A program made the translations under genes and the position numbers. A DNA stretch of 64,000 bases from Octopus sinensis (taxonomy: Eukaryota), in the NCBI RefSeq assembly GCF_006345805.1, contig NC_043011.1:25184464-25248463 (forward strand), in the 5' to 3' direction. Shown piece after piece: positions 11,901 through 25,994 of this stretch. How positions within the stretch are numbered: the stretch's first letter is position 1; every line of letters begins with the position of its first letter. Below the pieces are notes generated by a model. The model saw only the letters and a program-made list of their open reading frames with translations, was not told the origin of the DNA and made no database searches.

Positions 11901-13264
11901 TACACATGTCAAACTTTATTTTCATTTACATATTTTCTACATTATCTCAACAACCAGCTATAGTTATTTCAAATACACTTCTCTACTAAGACCAGGTTTC
12001 ATTACAAAATGAAAATAGTTTCATACTTTCAATTTGAACCAAAATTATAAAGTGTTGCATTACGAGAGTGATGATGTGTGAATAATGAAAATAATGTTTC
12101 TCCAAATTTGTCATATCCGTATTATAATAAAGAAAGCTGCTTATTATCTATCTACCAAATAAACTATGTTTTTGACTCAACAACTCTTTTTTACAACTAA
12201 AATAACCTCGGCAACTAAGTTAGGTTGCACAATTTTCAAGTCATATTGACAATATTTCACGCATGCATGGAATTCTACTCAAACAAACATTTATGAAAAT
12301 GTATACAAATATTTTATTAAAATAAGCCACAACCAAAAAAGTTGCATTGAAAGACATCCATTTTTTTGTGTTATGAGGAAATACAGTGACTCTCTCTCTC
12401 ATGCACAAAAAAGATGTATGCATGTGTATTTATGGGCAAAGGTAAAGATTATGCACTCTCAGTGTTTAGGGGTAGGGTTACGTTGAAAATGGGTGGTATG
12501 TTTTCTTTACCTCTGCTACATAGATGTGAGAGAGAGTGCCACTTACAAATACATGCAAAAAAATTCATACAACACACACCTTCACTCACTCACCCTCTCT
12601 TTCTCTCTCACACGTTCATTCCATATATCCCCCCTTTTACTTTTTCCTCTCACTTCAAAGCAAATGTTGCCTTTTCACTTTATCCTCTCTTCAAAGTATA
12701 CAGAAATTAAAACAATTTTAAGGAAATTAACAAACAATCATATGATCCCGTATATGTCAAGTTGATAACTTTGCTTCTTCAAATGAAAGAATGCCATAAA
12801 ATAATTTCCTTTGACACACATACACATACTCTAGATAAAACTTCTGTGCGAACTATGTTATTTCTTGCAGTGTCCATAGACAAATTTACAGCTCAAATCC
12901 AATTGAAATGGGCTTTTCTTATTGTGTAATGTGTTTATGAGGAGCATATTTAAAAACCCGATCTTCAGTATAAACTTAAAAGGAAGTTTTCCCAGAAGTC
13001 TTATCCTTTATCTCTTCTTTCTAGCATGTTTGAAGTGACATTTCCGCACTCCTCACCCTGCATTTGGAATTTTGCAGAGGATCAAAATAGGTTAACACAA
13101 ACAGGACCCTTGCTCACATGGCTCCCACATGACCATCAGCCATCTTTCTTTCTTTCTCTCCATTGTAGCTGGAACAAGGAACAGCCTTTCCTGTTTGTTT
13201 TCACTGTCCTGCTTGTATTACCTATTTTGACCCTATGCAAAATACCAAATTTTATTTAATTTGC

Positions 13265-13500
13265 TTTGCGAGAGCAACTGTTTTATTGAAAGCGTATATT
13301 GTTGCTAAATGTTCAAAATACTAGATTAGAAAAACAGCCAACAACTGATGAAGGGTAATTCTTTATGTTGTTTGTTTTCTTTTCCATTTGTGTCTTTCAT
13401 TGTGGAACATATAGTTCATGTCCCATGTATTCGTGCTACGTACCTTTTTGTTGTACATGTTTCATGACATCCTGTGCCCACATATGCATATATATATATA
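13265..13500 (+). repeat. Unclassified interspersed repeat (second copy reversed at 17105-17235)
   Basis: CAACTGATGAAGGG...TTTTCCATTT...GACATCCTGTGCCCACATATGCATATAT is similar to the reverse complement of 17105-17235. Confidence 0.55.
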
Positions 13501-13633
13501 TATATATATAAGTTTAACAATTAAGGATAATCTCTTAATAAGGGATCTTAACAAGAAATTATCGGGTAGCTAGCGTGAAAACCTCGTAAAGAAAAGAATT
13601 CGAAAATAATTTTTTTCTTTTGAACAAATTAAT

Positions 13634-13853
13634 TATATCTATATTGTATAGAGGGCATTATTACACATAAATGCTCAACTAGGAGGGACAAAGTCATTAC
13701 TACCAAAATTATACTAATCATACCCAAATGCAGTTTTTCAAAGCTTTGAAAAACTGCATTTGGGTATGATTAGTATAATTTTAGTAGTAATGACTTTGTC
13801 CTCCTAGTGTGAGGCATTTATGTGTATAATGCCCTCTATACAATATAGATATA
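13634..13853. repeat. Spacerless ~220-bp palindrome (fold-back element)
   Basis: Centre CAAAG|CTTTG at 13743/13744; ~110-bp arms with few mismatches/indels; ends in TA context. Confidence 0.9.
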
Positions 13854-13896
13854 TATATATATATATATATATACGTATAGATGTATGTACATATAA

Positions 13897-14278
13897 TCTC
13901 TCTCTATATAAACGGCAGTTTGTCTGTGCGTTTTCTGTGTGTCTGTTTCTCGTACCCTCACTCTGACCACGGCTTTCAACCAATTCTGATGAAACTTGAC
14001 ACACACATAGCCCAATGTCATAATTCAAAACTAACGCAGCGAAAATTTTGAAAAGTTCCCCCAGTTCTGAAAAAAAATCGATAAATTCGACATGGGGTCG
14101 AGAATCAGAAACCCAAACCACAGACCGTCTAGGGGACGCAACTCCACCTTTTTTAACTCAAAAAAATTTACCATCATTTTTTTCCCCATTTTTTTGCAAT
14201 TTTTGGGCTATAACTCTCTAAAAGTGCTTTATAGTTATTTCCCTTACAAACCTGAGCAACGCCGGGCGATACTGCTAG
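13897..14278 (+). mobile_element. Non-autonomous Helitron
   Basis: Inserted between A13896 and T14279; 5' TC; subterminal hairpin CCTGAGCAACGCCGGG then CTAG. Confidence 0.8.
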
Positions 14279-14356
14279 TGTATGTATATATGCAAAAATA
14301 TATTATTTATATGATTGAACGCCACACATCCTCTTCCAAGTATGTATGTATGTATG

Positions 14357-14396
<40 letters not shown>

Positions 14397-14604
14397 TGTG
14401 TATATATATATACATATATATACAGATATATATATATATACACACATATATATATTGTTTTTGTTTTTCTTGTTTCAGCTCAGAGCTGCGGCCATGCTGA
14501 TGCACTGCCGTTAGATATATATATATACATTTATATAGATATATATATATACTCATATACACAAATATATATCTATATATTTAAATATATACACACATTT
14601 ACAC

Positions 14605-17080
14605 AGCTCATCCCTCCCAACCCCCTACTCACATACCCCTCATCCCCTTCCTCCCAGCCTTCCACCACTCCACCACTTCTGTCCCATCTACCCCTTCTCT
14701 ACTTCAGTCTGTTGTTACCATTCCTCCAGATCTTCCCCTCTCTGAGGCGGAGCGCTCCCTCCTCTATCGCGTTAGGTTGTGTGCGCTTTTCCATGACACT
14801 CTACTTGCATCTAATGAGGACTGCTTCACTGACCTGGGTTGCCAACTACCATTGGACACCAGGTCTTGGCCAGTTCCAAGCAGTCAATCTTTTTGCGAGC
14901 ACCTGCCAGCACGCTGTGGACCAGTTTGACGTATCCAAGCATCCCCAACATCTGAACATCTCCCCAACCGAACTCTTGGCCCTGCGATGTCTCCGATGCC
15001 GCACGGACATCATCATAAAACCGGCCAACAAGAGTGGAGCCATGGTGGTGTGGTGCGCAAACCTCTACAAGGCGGAAGCTCTCCACCAACTTCAGGATAC
15101 CTCCTACTGCCCTCTGCCCTCCAAACCCACCCCCAGTTACCAACAAGCTGTGTCCTCCACTATCCATGACCTCATCTCCTCCTCCCATCTTCCCCACTGC
15201 CTCAAACCTCACCCCCCACAATTTACTTCCTCCCCAAAATCCACAAACCAAACAACCCTGGTTGCCCTACCATCTCCACCTGCAACTGCTCCATCAAACT
15301 CATCTGATATCTTGACCGTGTCCTTGCCTCCCTAGTGGCTTCTCTCCCCTCTCACATTCATGACCCCAACCATGATCTTCATTTGTTCAACTCTTTCTCC
15401 TTCCCTCCTGGCCACTCTAAACTTATCTTCAGTCTTGACATCAAGAGCCTATACACGGTGATCCCTCACCATGAGAGGCTGTGTGCACTCCAACATTTCC
15501 TTGACCTTCGGTCCAACCCCCAACCTGATACATCCACACTCCATCTGGCCGAACTTGTCCTCTCACTTAACTACTTTTTGTTCGCGGGTGATTTTTACCA
15601 GCAGATCTCGGGAGTGGAAATGGGCCCCAACTATGCGAACCTGCTCGTTGGCTACATTGAGGTCCAAATGTTCACAAGTTTCACTGGTCCAACTCCCGAA
15701 CTATACAGTCGTTATATTGACTGTATCAGTGTGACCTCACTCTCCCACGAACATCTAGACTCCTTCCTCTCTTTTGCCAAATTTTTCCATCCTGCACTAT
15801 TTCCAACACTTCAGTAGCCTTTCTCAACATTTCGGTCAGCATTCATCACTCCACTCTCACCACCTCCATCCACTACAAACACAGACTCACACTCATACCT
15901 CAACTTCTCCTCCTCCTACCCAAAACACACCAAGCTCTCCATCCCCTATTCCCAATTCCTCCATCTATGCAGGTTCTGCAGTGACGACCATGACTTTGAG
16001 ACTCAGTCTTAACTCATGGCTCACCACTTCATACCACATGGATATCTCCTCACCACTATCCACACCTCCCTTACCAGAGCATGTTCCAAGGACCGTGCAT
16101 CTGCACCACCCCGCCGTCCCTCGTCTCCCCTCACCTACCCCCCACCTCTCCAACGTACCACTCTCTGAGCCTTCCAGCGACTCCAGTCCGACCGCTCCAC
16201 TGCACATCTTCCTTAACCAACTCCTCCCCTCCTTCAAATGGGCCCACAACCTACGTGACCTCTTGGTCCACAGCTTCTTCCCCAATCCAACCTCCCAACC
16301 CAACCCATTCCCCTGCTCCTGCCCACGTTGCCACACTTGCCTTTACCTCTCCAACACCATCCTCCTCACAGGCACCCATCATCGACATTATCATATCACT
16401 GCCTTCTTCACCTGCACTTCTAGCAACATCAACCACTGCATCACCTGCTCTCTGTCCTCCTCTATACATCGGTCAAACGGGACGCCGATTGGCTGACCGG
16501 TTCGCAGAACACCTCCAAGACATCAAACTTAGCAACAACATTTCCGCTCTACTGGTCAATCTTTACAACATGTGTGTTCGGACTGACCTTGCACAGGGAC
16601 CAACCGCACTCCTGTCTTCGCTGTGAACAGGGATTGCTCTTCACTCCTTTGCACCACATGGGCTCAACTCTTTTCCCCTCTTCCTTCCTCTCACACCTAC
16701 TTCCTCCCACCCACCTGTCCTCTCTCGCTCTAACACCTACTTCTCTTCACTCCTACCCAGCTTCTCTCTTCCACCCTCTCCTTCATCGTCACTCCCTCCC
16801 TTATTATCCCTCCATTACACATTCCAACACCACTCCATCACACCCCACCCTTGCTTCTCCAACTCTCGCCTCCACCACACCCCAACACCAACATACCACA
16901 CTACACCGCACACACTAGCATTGACCACTTCCCGGCACCCACACCATCATCCACACACCTACACATGCACATGTCAAGGTCACCAGCCCATTTCTACACA
17001 CACATACACGCTCTCACATATGCATGCACAGCTTCGTTTTGGGATCACCACTACTTTATTATCTTCCCTTCTTGTGAATT
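14605..17080 (+). mobile_element. Decayed Penelope-like element, RT + GIY-YIG (Neptune-like)
   Basis: Frame-broken motifs TDIIIKPANKSGAMVVW, LDIKSLYTVIPH, MGPNYANL, RYID, Cys linker CSCPRCHTC, and HCITCSL..LYIGQTGRRLADRFAEH; pyrimidine-rich 3' region. Confidence 0.9.
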
Positions 17081-17399
17081 CTCATTACATATATATATAT
17101 CTATACATATATATGCATATATGTGTACAGGACATCACAAAATGTAAACAACATGAAATATGAAGACAAACTTTCATATGCAAATGAGAAATAAATGGAA
17201 AATAACAAAAAACTCTTCCTCAGTTGACACAGCTATGCATTCATATACACATACAGATATGCATATATATATATAGATATATATATATATATATATACAC
17301 ATACATACACATACAAATATGCATACATATATACATACATATACAGAGACACATATACATACAGATACAGACATATATATGACACATACGGATATATAT

Positions 17400-17740
17400 T
17401 ATCATCCGTTAACATCCAATTTTTCCATGCTAGCATGGGTTGCACGGTTTGACTAGGAACTGACAAGTCAGTAGGCCACACCAGGCCCTAATCTGATCGG
17501 GCAATGTCTCTACAGCTGGATGCCCTTTCTAACTCTAACAACTCCGAGTGTAGATGGTGCATTTTACATACCATCAGTATGGAAACCAGTCAGGAGGAAT
17601 TCAAGACAGGATACCCCTGGGAGCTCCTCTATCCTGATGACCTTGCTCTAATTGCTGAGTCACTATCAGAACTAGGAGAAGATTCAAGTGTGGAAACAAG
17701 GATTAGAATCGAAGGGCTTTAGAGTCAATCTAGCTAAAAC
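17400..17740. mobile_element. RTE composite: minus-strand 3' tail joined to plus-strand RT fragment
   Basis: 17400-17575 matches the RTE tail; 17590-17740 encodes EEFKTGYPWELLYPDDLALIAESLSEL..WKQGLESKGFRVNLAKT on the opposite strand. Confidence 0.8.
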
Positions 17741-17829
17741 ATTTTTCTGGTTGAAATACACCGAAAAGTGGCGACACAGCAGTAAAAAAAATGGTAAAAA
17801 AATGGGATTTTCATACAAAAAATTAGCTT

Positions 17830-17837
17830 TTTTGATG

Positions 17838-17871
<34 letters not shown>

Positions 17872-17905
17872 AATATATATATGTTATATACACATACATG
17901 CATAC

Positions 17906-17936
<31 letters not shown>

Positions 17937-17966
17937 CATGCATACATATATATATACACATACATG

Positions 17967-18015
<49 letters not shown>

Positions 18016-18023
18016 ATGCATAC

Positions 18024-18054
<31 letters not shown>

Positions 18055-18174
18055 TACATGCATATATATATATATATATATCAACACACATACATGCATA
18101 CATATATATATATATAATATATTACACGTACATGCATACATATATATCTATATATATATATATACACATACATG

Positions 18175-18216
<42 letters not shown>

Positions 18217-18380
18217 ATACATGCATACATATATTATATAATATATATATATATATATATATACACTACATGCATATACTTATATATATATAGTATATAT
18301 ATATATATATATAGCACATACATGCATACATATATATCTCATATATTATACACATACATGCATACAAATATATATATATT

Positions 18381-18422
<42 letters not shown>

Positions 18423-18648
18423 CATGCATACATATATTTATATATATATATATATATACACATACATGCATACATATATATATTATCTATATATATATAC
18501 ACATACATGCATACATATATATATATATAATATATATATAATAACAACCATACATGCATACATATATATATATATATATAATATATATATACACACATAC
18601 ATGCATACATATAATATATTATATATATATATATATATCACATACATG

Positions 18649-18688
<40 letters not shown>

Positions 18689-18692
18689 CATG

Positions 18693-18737
<45 letters not shown>

Positions 18738-18881
18738 TACACATACAGGCATACATATATATATAATATATATATATAATACACATACATGCATACACCT
18801 ATATAATATATTATATATATATAGATATACACTACATGCATACATATATATATATATATATAGATATATAACACATACATG

Positions 18882-18917
<36 letters not shown>

Positions 18918-18926
18918 CATGCATAC

Positions 18927-18958
<32 letters not shown>

Positions 18959-19589
18959 CATACATGCAATATAATATATATATATATAATATATATATAT
19001 ACATACAATATATTATTATATATATATATACATACATGCATACATATATATATATATATATATATACTACATATATATATAGATATATATATTATATATA
19101 TACATACATGCATACATATATATATATATTATATATATACATACAATATATTATATATATATATATATATATATACATACATGCATACATATATATATAT
19201 ATATATATATATCATACATACATGCAACATATATATTATATATATATATATACATACATACATGCATACTATATATATTATATATACATACATACATGCA
19301 TACATATATATATATATATATATATACTACATACATGCATACATATATATAATATATATATACATACATACATGCATACATATATATATATATAATACAT
19401 ACATGCATACATATATATTATATATATATATATACATACATGCATACATATATATATATATATATATACATACATACATGCATACATATATATATATATA
19501 TATATACATACATACATGCATACTATATATATATATATACATACATACATGCATACATATATATATATATCTAATACATACATGCATAC

Positions 19590-19628
<39 letters not shown>

Positions 19629-20193
19629 TATATATATATATATACATACATGCATACATACATATATATATATATATACATACATGCATACATCATATAT
19701 ATATATATACATACATGCATACATACATATATATATATATATATATACATGCATGCATACATACATATATATATATATACATACATGCATACATACATAC
19801 ATATATATATATATACATACATGCATACATACATATATATATACATACATGCATACATACATATATATATACATACATGCATACATACATATATATATAC
19901 ATACATGCATACATACATATATATATACATACATGCATACATACATATATATATACATACATGCATACATACATATATATATACATACATGCATACATAC
20001 ATATATATATACATACATGCATACATACATATATATATACATACATGCATACATACATATATATATACATACATGCATACATACATATATATATACATAC
20101 ATGCATACATACATATATATATACATACATGCATACATACATATATATATACATACATGCATACATACATATATATATACGTACATGCATACA

Positions 20194-20229
<36 letters not shown>

Positions 20230-20515
20230 CATATAATATATATACATACATACATATATATATACATACATACAACATACATATACATACATACATACAT
20301 ATACATACATGCATACTATACATACATGCATACATATACATACATGCATACATATACATACATGCATACATATACATACATATATATATATTATATATAT
20401 ATATATATATCATACATGCATACATATATATATATAGATATTATATATATATACATACATGCATACATATATATATATATATATATATATACATACATAT
20501 ATTATAAATATATAT
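17830..20515. repeat. Compound (TA)n / CATACATGCA micro-minisatellite, ~2.7 kb
   Basis: Near-continuous purine-pyrimidine alternation; homogeneous 28-bp unit ACATACATGCATACATACATATATATAT at ~19800-20170. Confidence 0.95.
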
Positions 20516-23500
20516 CATCATCATCATCATCATCATCATTTAACGTCCGCTTTCCATGCTAGCATGGGTTGGACGGTTCAACTGGGGTCTGGGGAGCCCG
20601 AAAGCTGCACCAGTCCAGTCAGATCTGGCAGTGTTTCTACAGCTGGATGCCCTTCCTAACGCCAACCACTCCGAGAGTGTAGTGGGTGATTTTATGTGCC
20701 ACCGACACAGGTGCCAGACGAGGCTGACAAACGGCCACGCTCGGATGGTTTTTTTGTTATGTCCACCGACACAGGTGCCAGACGAGGCTGGCAGACGGCC
20801 ACGCTCGGATGGTGCTTTTTATGTGCCACCGACACAGTCCAGACGAGGCTGGCAGACGGCCACGCTCGGATGGTGTTTTTATGTGCCCACCGACACAGGT
20901 GCCAGACGAGGCTGGCAGACGGCCACGCTCGGATGGTGCTTTTATGTGCCACCGACACAGGTGCCAGATGAGGCTGGCAAACGGCCACGATCGGATGGTG
21001 CTTGTCACGTGCCCACAGCACAGAGGCCAGTCGATGCGGTACTGGCTACGGCCACGTTCGGATGGTTTTCTTATGTGCCACGTGCCACCGGCACTGGTAC
21101 CACAAAGATACAAATTCCATTGATGTTCATCTATTTTGATTTGTTTTGATTTGATTTTCACTTGCCTCAACAGGTCTTCACAAGTGTCACAAGAAGGAAG
21201 GTATGCACAGGTGGACTGACTACGTCCCAGGTAGGGGCCATGGTTATGGCCTGACTAGTCTTGCCGGGTCTTCGGATGGTGTTTTTTATGTGCCACCGAC
21301 ACAGGCGCCAGATGAGGCTGGCGAACGGCCACGATCGGATGTGTCCGTCATGTGCCCACCGCACTGACTACGGCACTGATGGATTTCTTGTGTGCCACAG
21401 GCACTGGTACCACAAGATACAAATTCCATTGATGTTCATCTATTTTGTCTATTTTGATTTGATTTGATTTGATTTTGATTTGATTTTCACTTGCCTCAAC
21501 CGGTCTTCACAAGTGTCACAAGAAGGAAGGAAGGTATGCACAGGTGGACTGACTAGTCTTGCCGGTCTTCGGAAGGTGTTTTTTATGTGCCACCGACACA
21601 GGTGCCAGATGAGGCTGGCGAACGGCCATGATCGGATGGTGTTTGTTACGTGCCCACAGCACGGAGGCCGGTCGATGCGGAACTGGCTACGGCCACGTTC
21701 GGATGGTTCTCATGTGTGCCGCCGGCACTGGTACCACAAAGTGTGTGCCACCGGCACTGGTACCACAAAGATACAGATTCCATTGATGTTCATCTATTTT
21801 GATTTGTTTTGATTTGATTTTCACTTGCCTCAACAGGTCTTCACAGTGTCACAAGAAGGAAGGTATGCACAGGTGGACTGACTACGTCCAGGTAGGGGCC
21901 ATGGGTTATGGCCTGACTAGTCTTGCCGGGTCTTCGGATGGTGTTTTTATGTGCCACCGACACAGGCGCCAGATGAGGCTGGCGAACGGCCACGATCGGA
22001 TGGCCAGTGATGCGGTACTGACTACGGCCACGTTCGGATGGATTCTTGTGTGCCACCGGCACTGGTACCACAAGCGGTACTGACTGCGGCCACGTTCGGA
22101 TGGATTCTTGTGTGCCACCGGCACTGGTACCACAAGCGGTACTGACTACGGCCACGCTCGGATGGATTCTTGTGTGCCACTGGCACTGGTACCACAAGGA
22201 TACAATTCCATTGATGTTCATCTATTTTGATTTGTTTTGATTTGATTGATTTTCACTTGCCTCAGCAGGTCTTCACAAGTCGGAAGGTATGTACAGGTGG
22301 ACTGACTACGTCCCAGGTAGGGCCCACGGTTATGACCTGACTAGTCTTGCCGGGTCTTCGGATGTGTTTTATGTGCCACCATGTTCCCACAGCACGGAGG
22401 CCAGTCGATGCGGTACTGGCTACGCCACGTTCGGATGGTTTTCTTGTGTGCCACAGCACTGGTACCACAAAGATACAAATTCCATTGATGTTCATCTATT
22501 TTGATTGATTTCCACTTGCCTCACAGGTCTTCACAAGTGTCACAAGAAGGAAGGTATGCACAGGTGGATCGACTACGTCCCAGGTAGGGGCCACGGGATA
22601 TGGCCTGACTAGTCCTGCCGGTCCTCTCATGCACAGCACACTTCCATAGGACTCGGTCTTCAGTCATTTCCTTGGTGAGACCTAAAGTTCGAAGGTCGTG
22701 CTTCACCACCTCGTCCCAGTTTTCCTGGGTCTACCTCTTCCACAGGTTCCCTCACTGCTAGGTTGTAGCACTTTTGCACACAACTATCTTCAGCCATTCT
22801 CGTCACATGACCATACCAGCGCAGCCGTCTCTCTTGCACACCACAACTGACACTTCTTAGGTTCAACTTTTCTCTCAAAGTACTTACACTCTGACGATTA
22901 TGAACACTGGACATTACACATCCATCGGAGCATACTGGCTTCATTTCTTGCAAGCTTACGCATATCCTCAGCTGCCACGGCCCATTTTTCACTACCATGT
23001 AGCATGGCTGTACGTACACACGCATCATATAGTCTGCCTTTTACTCTTAGCGAGAGACCTTTTGTCACCAGCAGGGGTAAGAGCTCTCTAAACTTTGCCC
23101 AGGCTATTCTTACTCTAGCAGTACACTTTCAGCACACCCACCCCCGCTACTGACTGGTCTCCTAGGTAGCGGAAGCTATCAACTACTTCTAGTTTTGTCT
23201 CCCTGAACGTGGTAGAATTGGACTCTGCACATTTCCAGTGTTTTTCATTCTCCTGAGCATCTGCCACAGACAAAAACTATTTTCTTAGTTAGCCTTCCTT
23301 TGACATTGCTGCACCTCTTATGTGTCCATAGCTTACACTTGGTGCACTTATAGAGTTTCTACCTACACCTTTTTTACAGATCGAGCAGGGCCATCTACCT
23401 GAAGTCGTTTGTGGTTGGTCCACCTTCCTACTTATTAGGACTTTGGTTTTGGCTAGGTTGATTCTAAGGCCCTTCGATTCTAATCCTTGTTTCCACACCT

Positions 23501-23780
23501 GAAACTTCTCCTCTAGTTCTGATAGTGACTCAGCAATTAGAGCAAGGTCATCAGCATATAGGAGCGCTCCCAGGGGCCATCCTGTCTTAAATTCTTCTTC
23601 CGTATTGCCTGGAGGACTATGATAAATAGGAGGGGGCTGAGGACTGAACCTTGTGGACCCAACCTCTACCCGAATTCTTCACTGTACTCGTTGCCAACCC
23701 CACCTACTAGCTGCGTCTCTGTACATGGCTCGCACAGCTCTCACTAACCATTCATCTATCCCTAGTTTCCTCATTGACCA
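20515..23780 (-). mobile_element. 5'-truncated RTE-clade LINE with (GAT)n tail
   Basis: RT C-terminal half with frameshifts: WSMRKLG, YADD (23547-23558), WKQGLESKGLRINLAKTK, ERRLRWYGHVTRM, VKHDLRTLGL; tail GTTAAATGATGATG. Confidence 0.95.
20690..22620 (-). repeat. Two-level tandem array in the RTE 3' region
   Basis: ~56-60-bp units (ATGTGCCACCGACACAGGTGCCAGACGAGGCTGGCAGACGGCCACGCTCGGATGG) inside larger blocks restarting near 21150, 21480, 21815, 22245 and 22505. Confidence 0.9.
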
Positions 23781-23949
23781 CATATATATATACATAATAT
23801 ATCATACATCATACATATATATATATTATATATATATAGAAATTCGGGGTGAGTACTTGATAATTATAAGCACCTGTGTAACCGTTTGGTGGTGTAGGTG
23901 GTGGAGTAAATTGATCAAAATAAAATAAAAACATGATGCGAAGGATTCA

Positions 23950-24026
23950 GCGGTACATATGTTTCGGGCCTTTATTAAACAGATTTATACAATGCATAAT
24001 GTATGTCTGTGGCCTTCTTCAGCCGC
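23950..24026 (-). ncRNA. Minimal type I hammerhead ribozyme
   Basis: GCGG-CUGAAGA-A-GGCC...GGCC-C-GAAAC-AUAU-GUA-CCGC: 4-bp stem I, 2-bp stem III with palindromic AUAU loop, GUA triplet. Confidence 0.85.
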
Positions 24027-25784
24027 GCACAACCTTCCACAAGGACATGTGTTACATCAAAAAATTCTTGGTTGGGGATGCAAATCCTCTCATTCACGTA
24101 CGACATAATGCGGCAGCAGCATAGAGTTGAAGCGCCCATCTCTTTCTTTCTTCTCTCAATGTAGAATGAGGAAAATTGGATGTTGAGGTAATGTAAATAA
24201 ATAAATACATATATAGAGGTGAAGATGGAGGGGAGAGTTCGGGACGAGGGATAAAAAATGTATAAAAGTGTAAGTATAGAATAATATAAAAATGTAGAGG
24301 ATAAAGGGTTGTAAGTAGATGTAAAGGGGGTATAAAGAAATATAAAGTAAAAATAGAAAAATAAATAAAAGTAAAAAAACCTGATAAAAACATGATAAAA
24401 GTGTAAAAGAGTGTAAGATAAGGGATGTATAGAGGTTATGGACCAAGCATGGTGGTCAGGAGATTGATAAATTTAGTTGTAGAATTGTCAGTACATCATC
24501 AGTTCGTCTGGGGACTTAATGCGTTGTAAATCAGAGCTGATGAGCATTTAATCTGGTTCCTGAATTAAATGACTTCTAGTACATACATATCATCATGGAT
24601 ATATACACCCACATACGCGTACATATACGCCTCCAAGCCTATAAGCATACACACGCACTCGCGTGTAAACACGTACATAAACACACACACACCCACACGC
24701 ACGCGCGTACACGCTCACAAGTAATATACGCGCGCCCATCACTACATACACACTAATATGCCCACGCCTCTAGGTCCAGGTATAAGATATTAAAGGATGT
24801 ATAAGAACGTATGTAAAGAATCCCGTACTCATGTCATACGCGCACGCACACACGGCTGTGTGTCCGTATGTGCGTGCACAATACCCTCATATACACACCA
24901 GAGACACACACGCACATGGGTATAGCTATAAGATATCGAAGTATGCATGTACATATTGCGCGTGCATATGTATGTATGCGTATACACACGTACGCGGACG
25001 CTCGTATATTCAAAAGGTGGATCCATAGGTAAGTAAATAAACATATATAGAGGTGTAAAGCGATAAGTTAGGGGGTAAGAATGAGGGTAAGGGTAAAGAT
25101 TAGAAATAAAAATACAGTATAAAATAAGAAATACAATGTAATAGTTAGAAATGAAGTATAAGAATTATAAAAATTATAAGAGTTAAGGTAAGGGATGAAA
25201 ATGAAAATGAGAATAAATGGAAGTAGAATAAAAGTAAAATAAATTAAAAATAAAAATAAAATAAATGGAAGTAGGATAAAAGTAAAAAAAAAGTAAAAAT
25301 AAAAATAAAATAAAATAAGATAAAAATATAATTTTAAAGTTTAAGTTGTGTGTTAAACGTAGGGGCGGGCGGGGGAACTGAAAATTGGAAGGGTGGGAAG
25401 TGGAGTTTGGCGGTGTGCGTTTCAACATCTGAGTTGGAAATGTGAAAGGGTATAGATATAGGGGATTAAAGAGACTACATAGGAGGATATGGTGTAGGAG
25501 AAGAAATATTTAGGGAAAGAATCATATATGGGAGACAAAATTTGTATATATAGGGGGAAAATGCAGGGAACCTATATGCACGTACACACACCCACACACA
25601 CACACACACACACACGCACATGTACATATATATGTATACGTACACATACGTACACGTATGTTCACATACATACGACGCACACACACACACATACACATAT
25701 ACAGCACATATAGGAAAGCGGGATGTGCTGGAGCCGACAGGTTGCACCGGGTGGGAGGAATTGCATGGGGAGTTGGTATAAGAC

Positions 25785-25994
25785 TTAAGCATTGTAGTAT
25801 TTGAAAGTATTAATAAGTTTATGTATACAGGATGGTTTGAACTCTGACCTTTTGTTTAAGATTGTTGTTTTGTCTTGATTTCAAGATGTTAAGGAGTTCT
25901 ACACAGCATAGTTGGCATCCTGCCTATTATTTAAATAAGGTGCAGCTGATCCGATGATGGACCATCTGAGTTTGAAGCCTATGCATTTGTCTCT
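25785..25994 (-). pseudogene. C-terminal remnant of a PLE GIY-YIG endonuclease domain
   Basis: With two frameshifts: RDKCIGFKLRWSIIGSAAPY / CQLCCVELLNILKS / DKTTILNKRSEFKPSCIHKL, fitting the KWSI..A.PY..CxLC..E..LNKRSE..CxH signature recalled from invertebrate PLEs. Confidence 0.7.

Noticed and set aside
16650-17100. Hammerhead expected at the 3' end of the Neptune-like PLE copies (also 34150-34560)
   Set aside because: Searched by eye; no CUGANGA/GAAA core found in either copy.
17684-20507. Many long ORFs (up to 407 aa) of Y/I/H/T/C/M/V; similar ones at 28.8-32.6 and 42.8 kb
   Set aside because: Translations of (TA)/(CA) microsatellite, which lacks stops in several frames; not genes.
20690-22500. 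Regularly spaced ~56-bp repeats resembling a CRISPR array
   Set aside because: No unique spacers, eukaryotic context, and the units are part of the RTE 3' region.
24530-24590. CTGATGAG followed by the hairpin CATTTAAT/ATTAAATG (mirrored at 26445-26500)
   Set aside because: No GAAA after the hairpin in either copy, so no hammerhead core.
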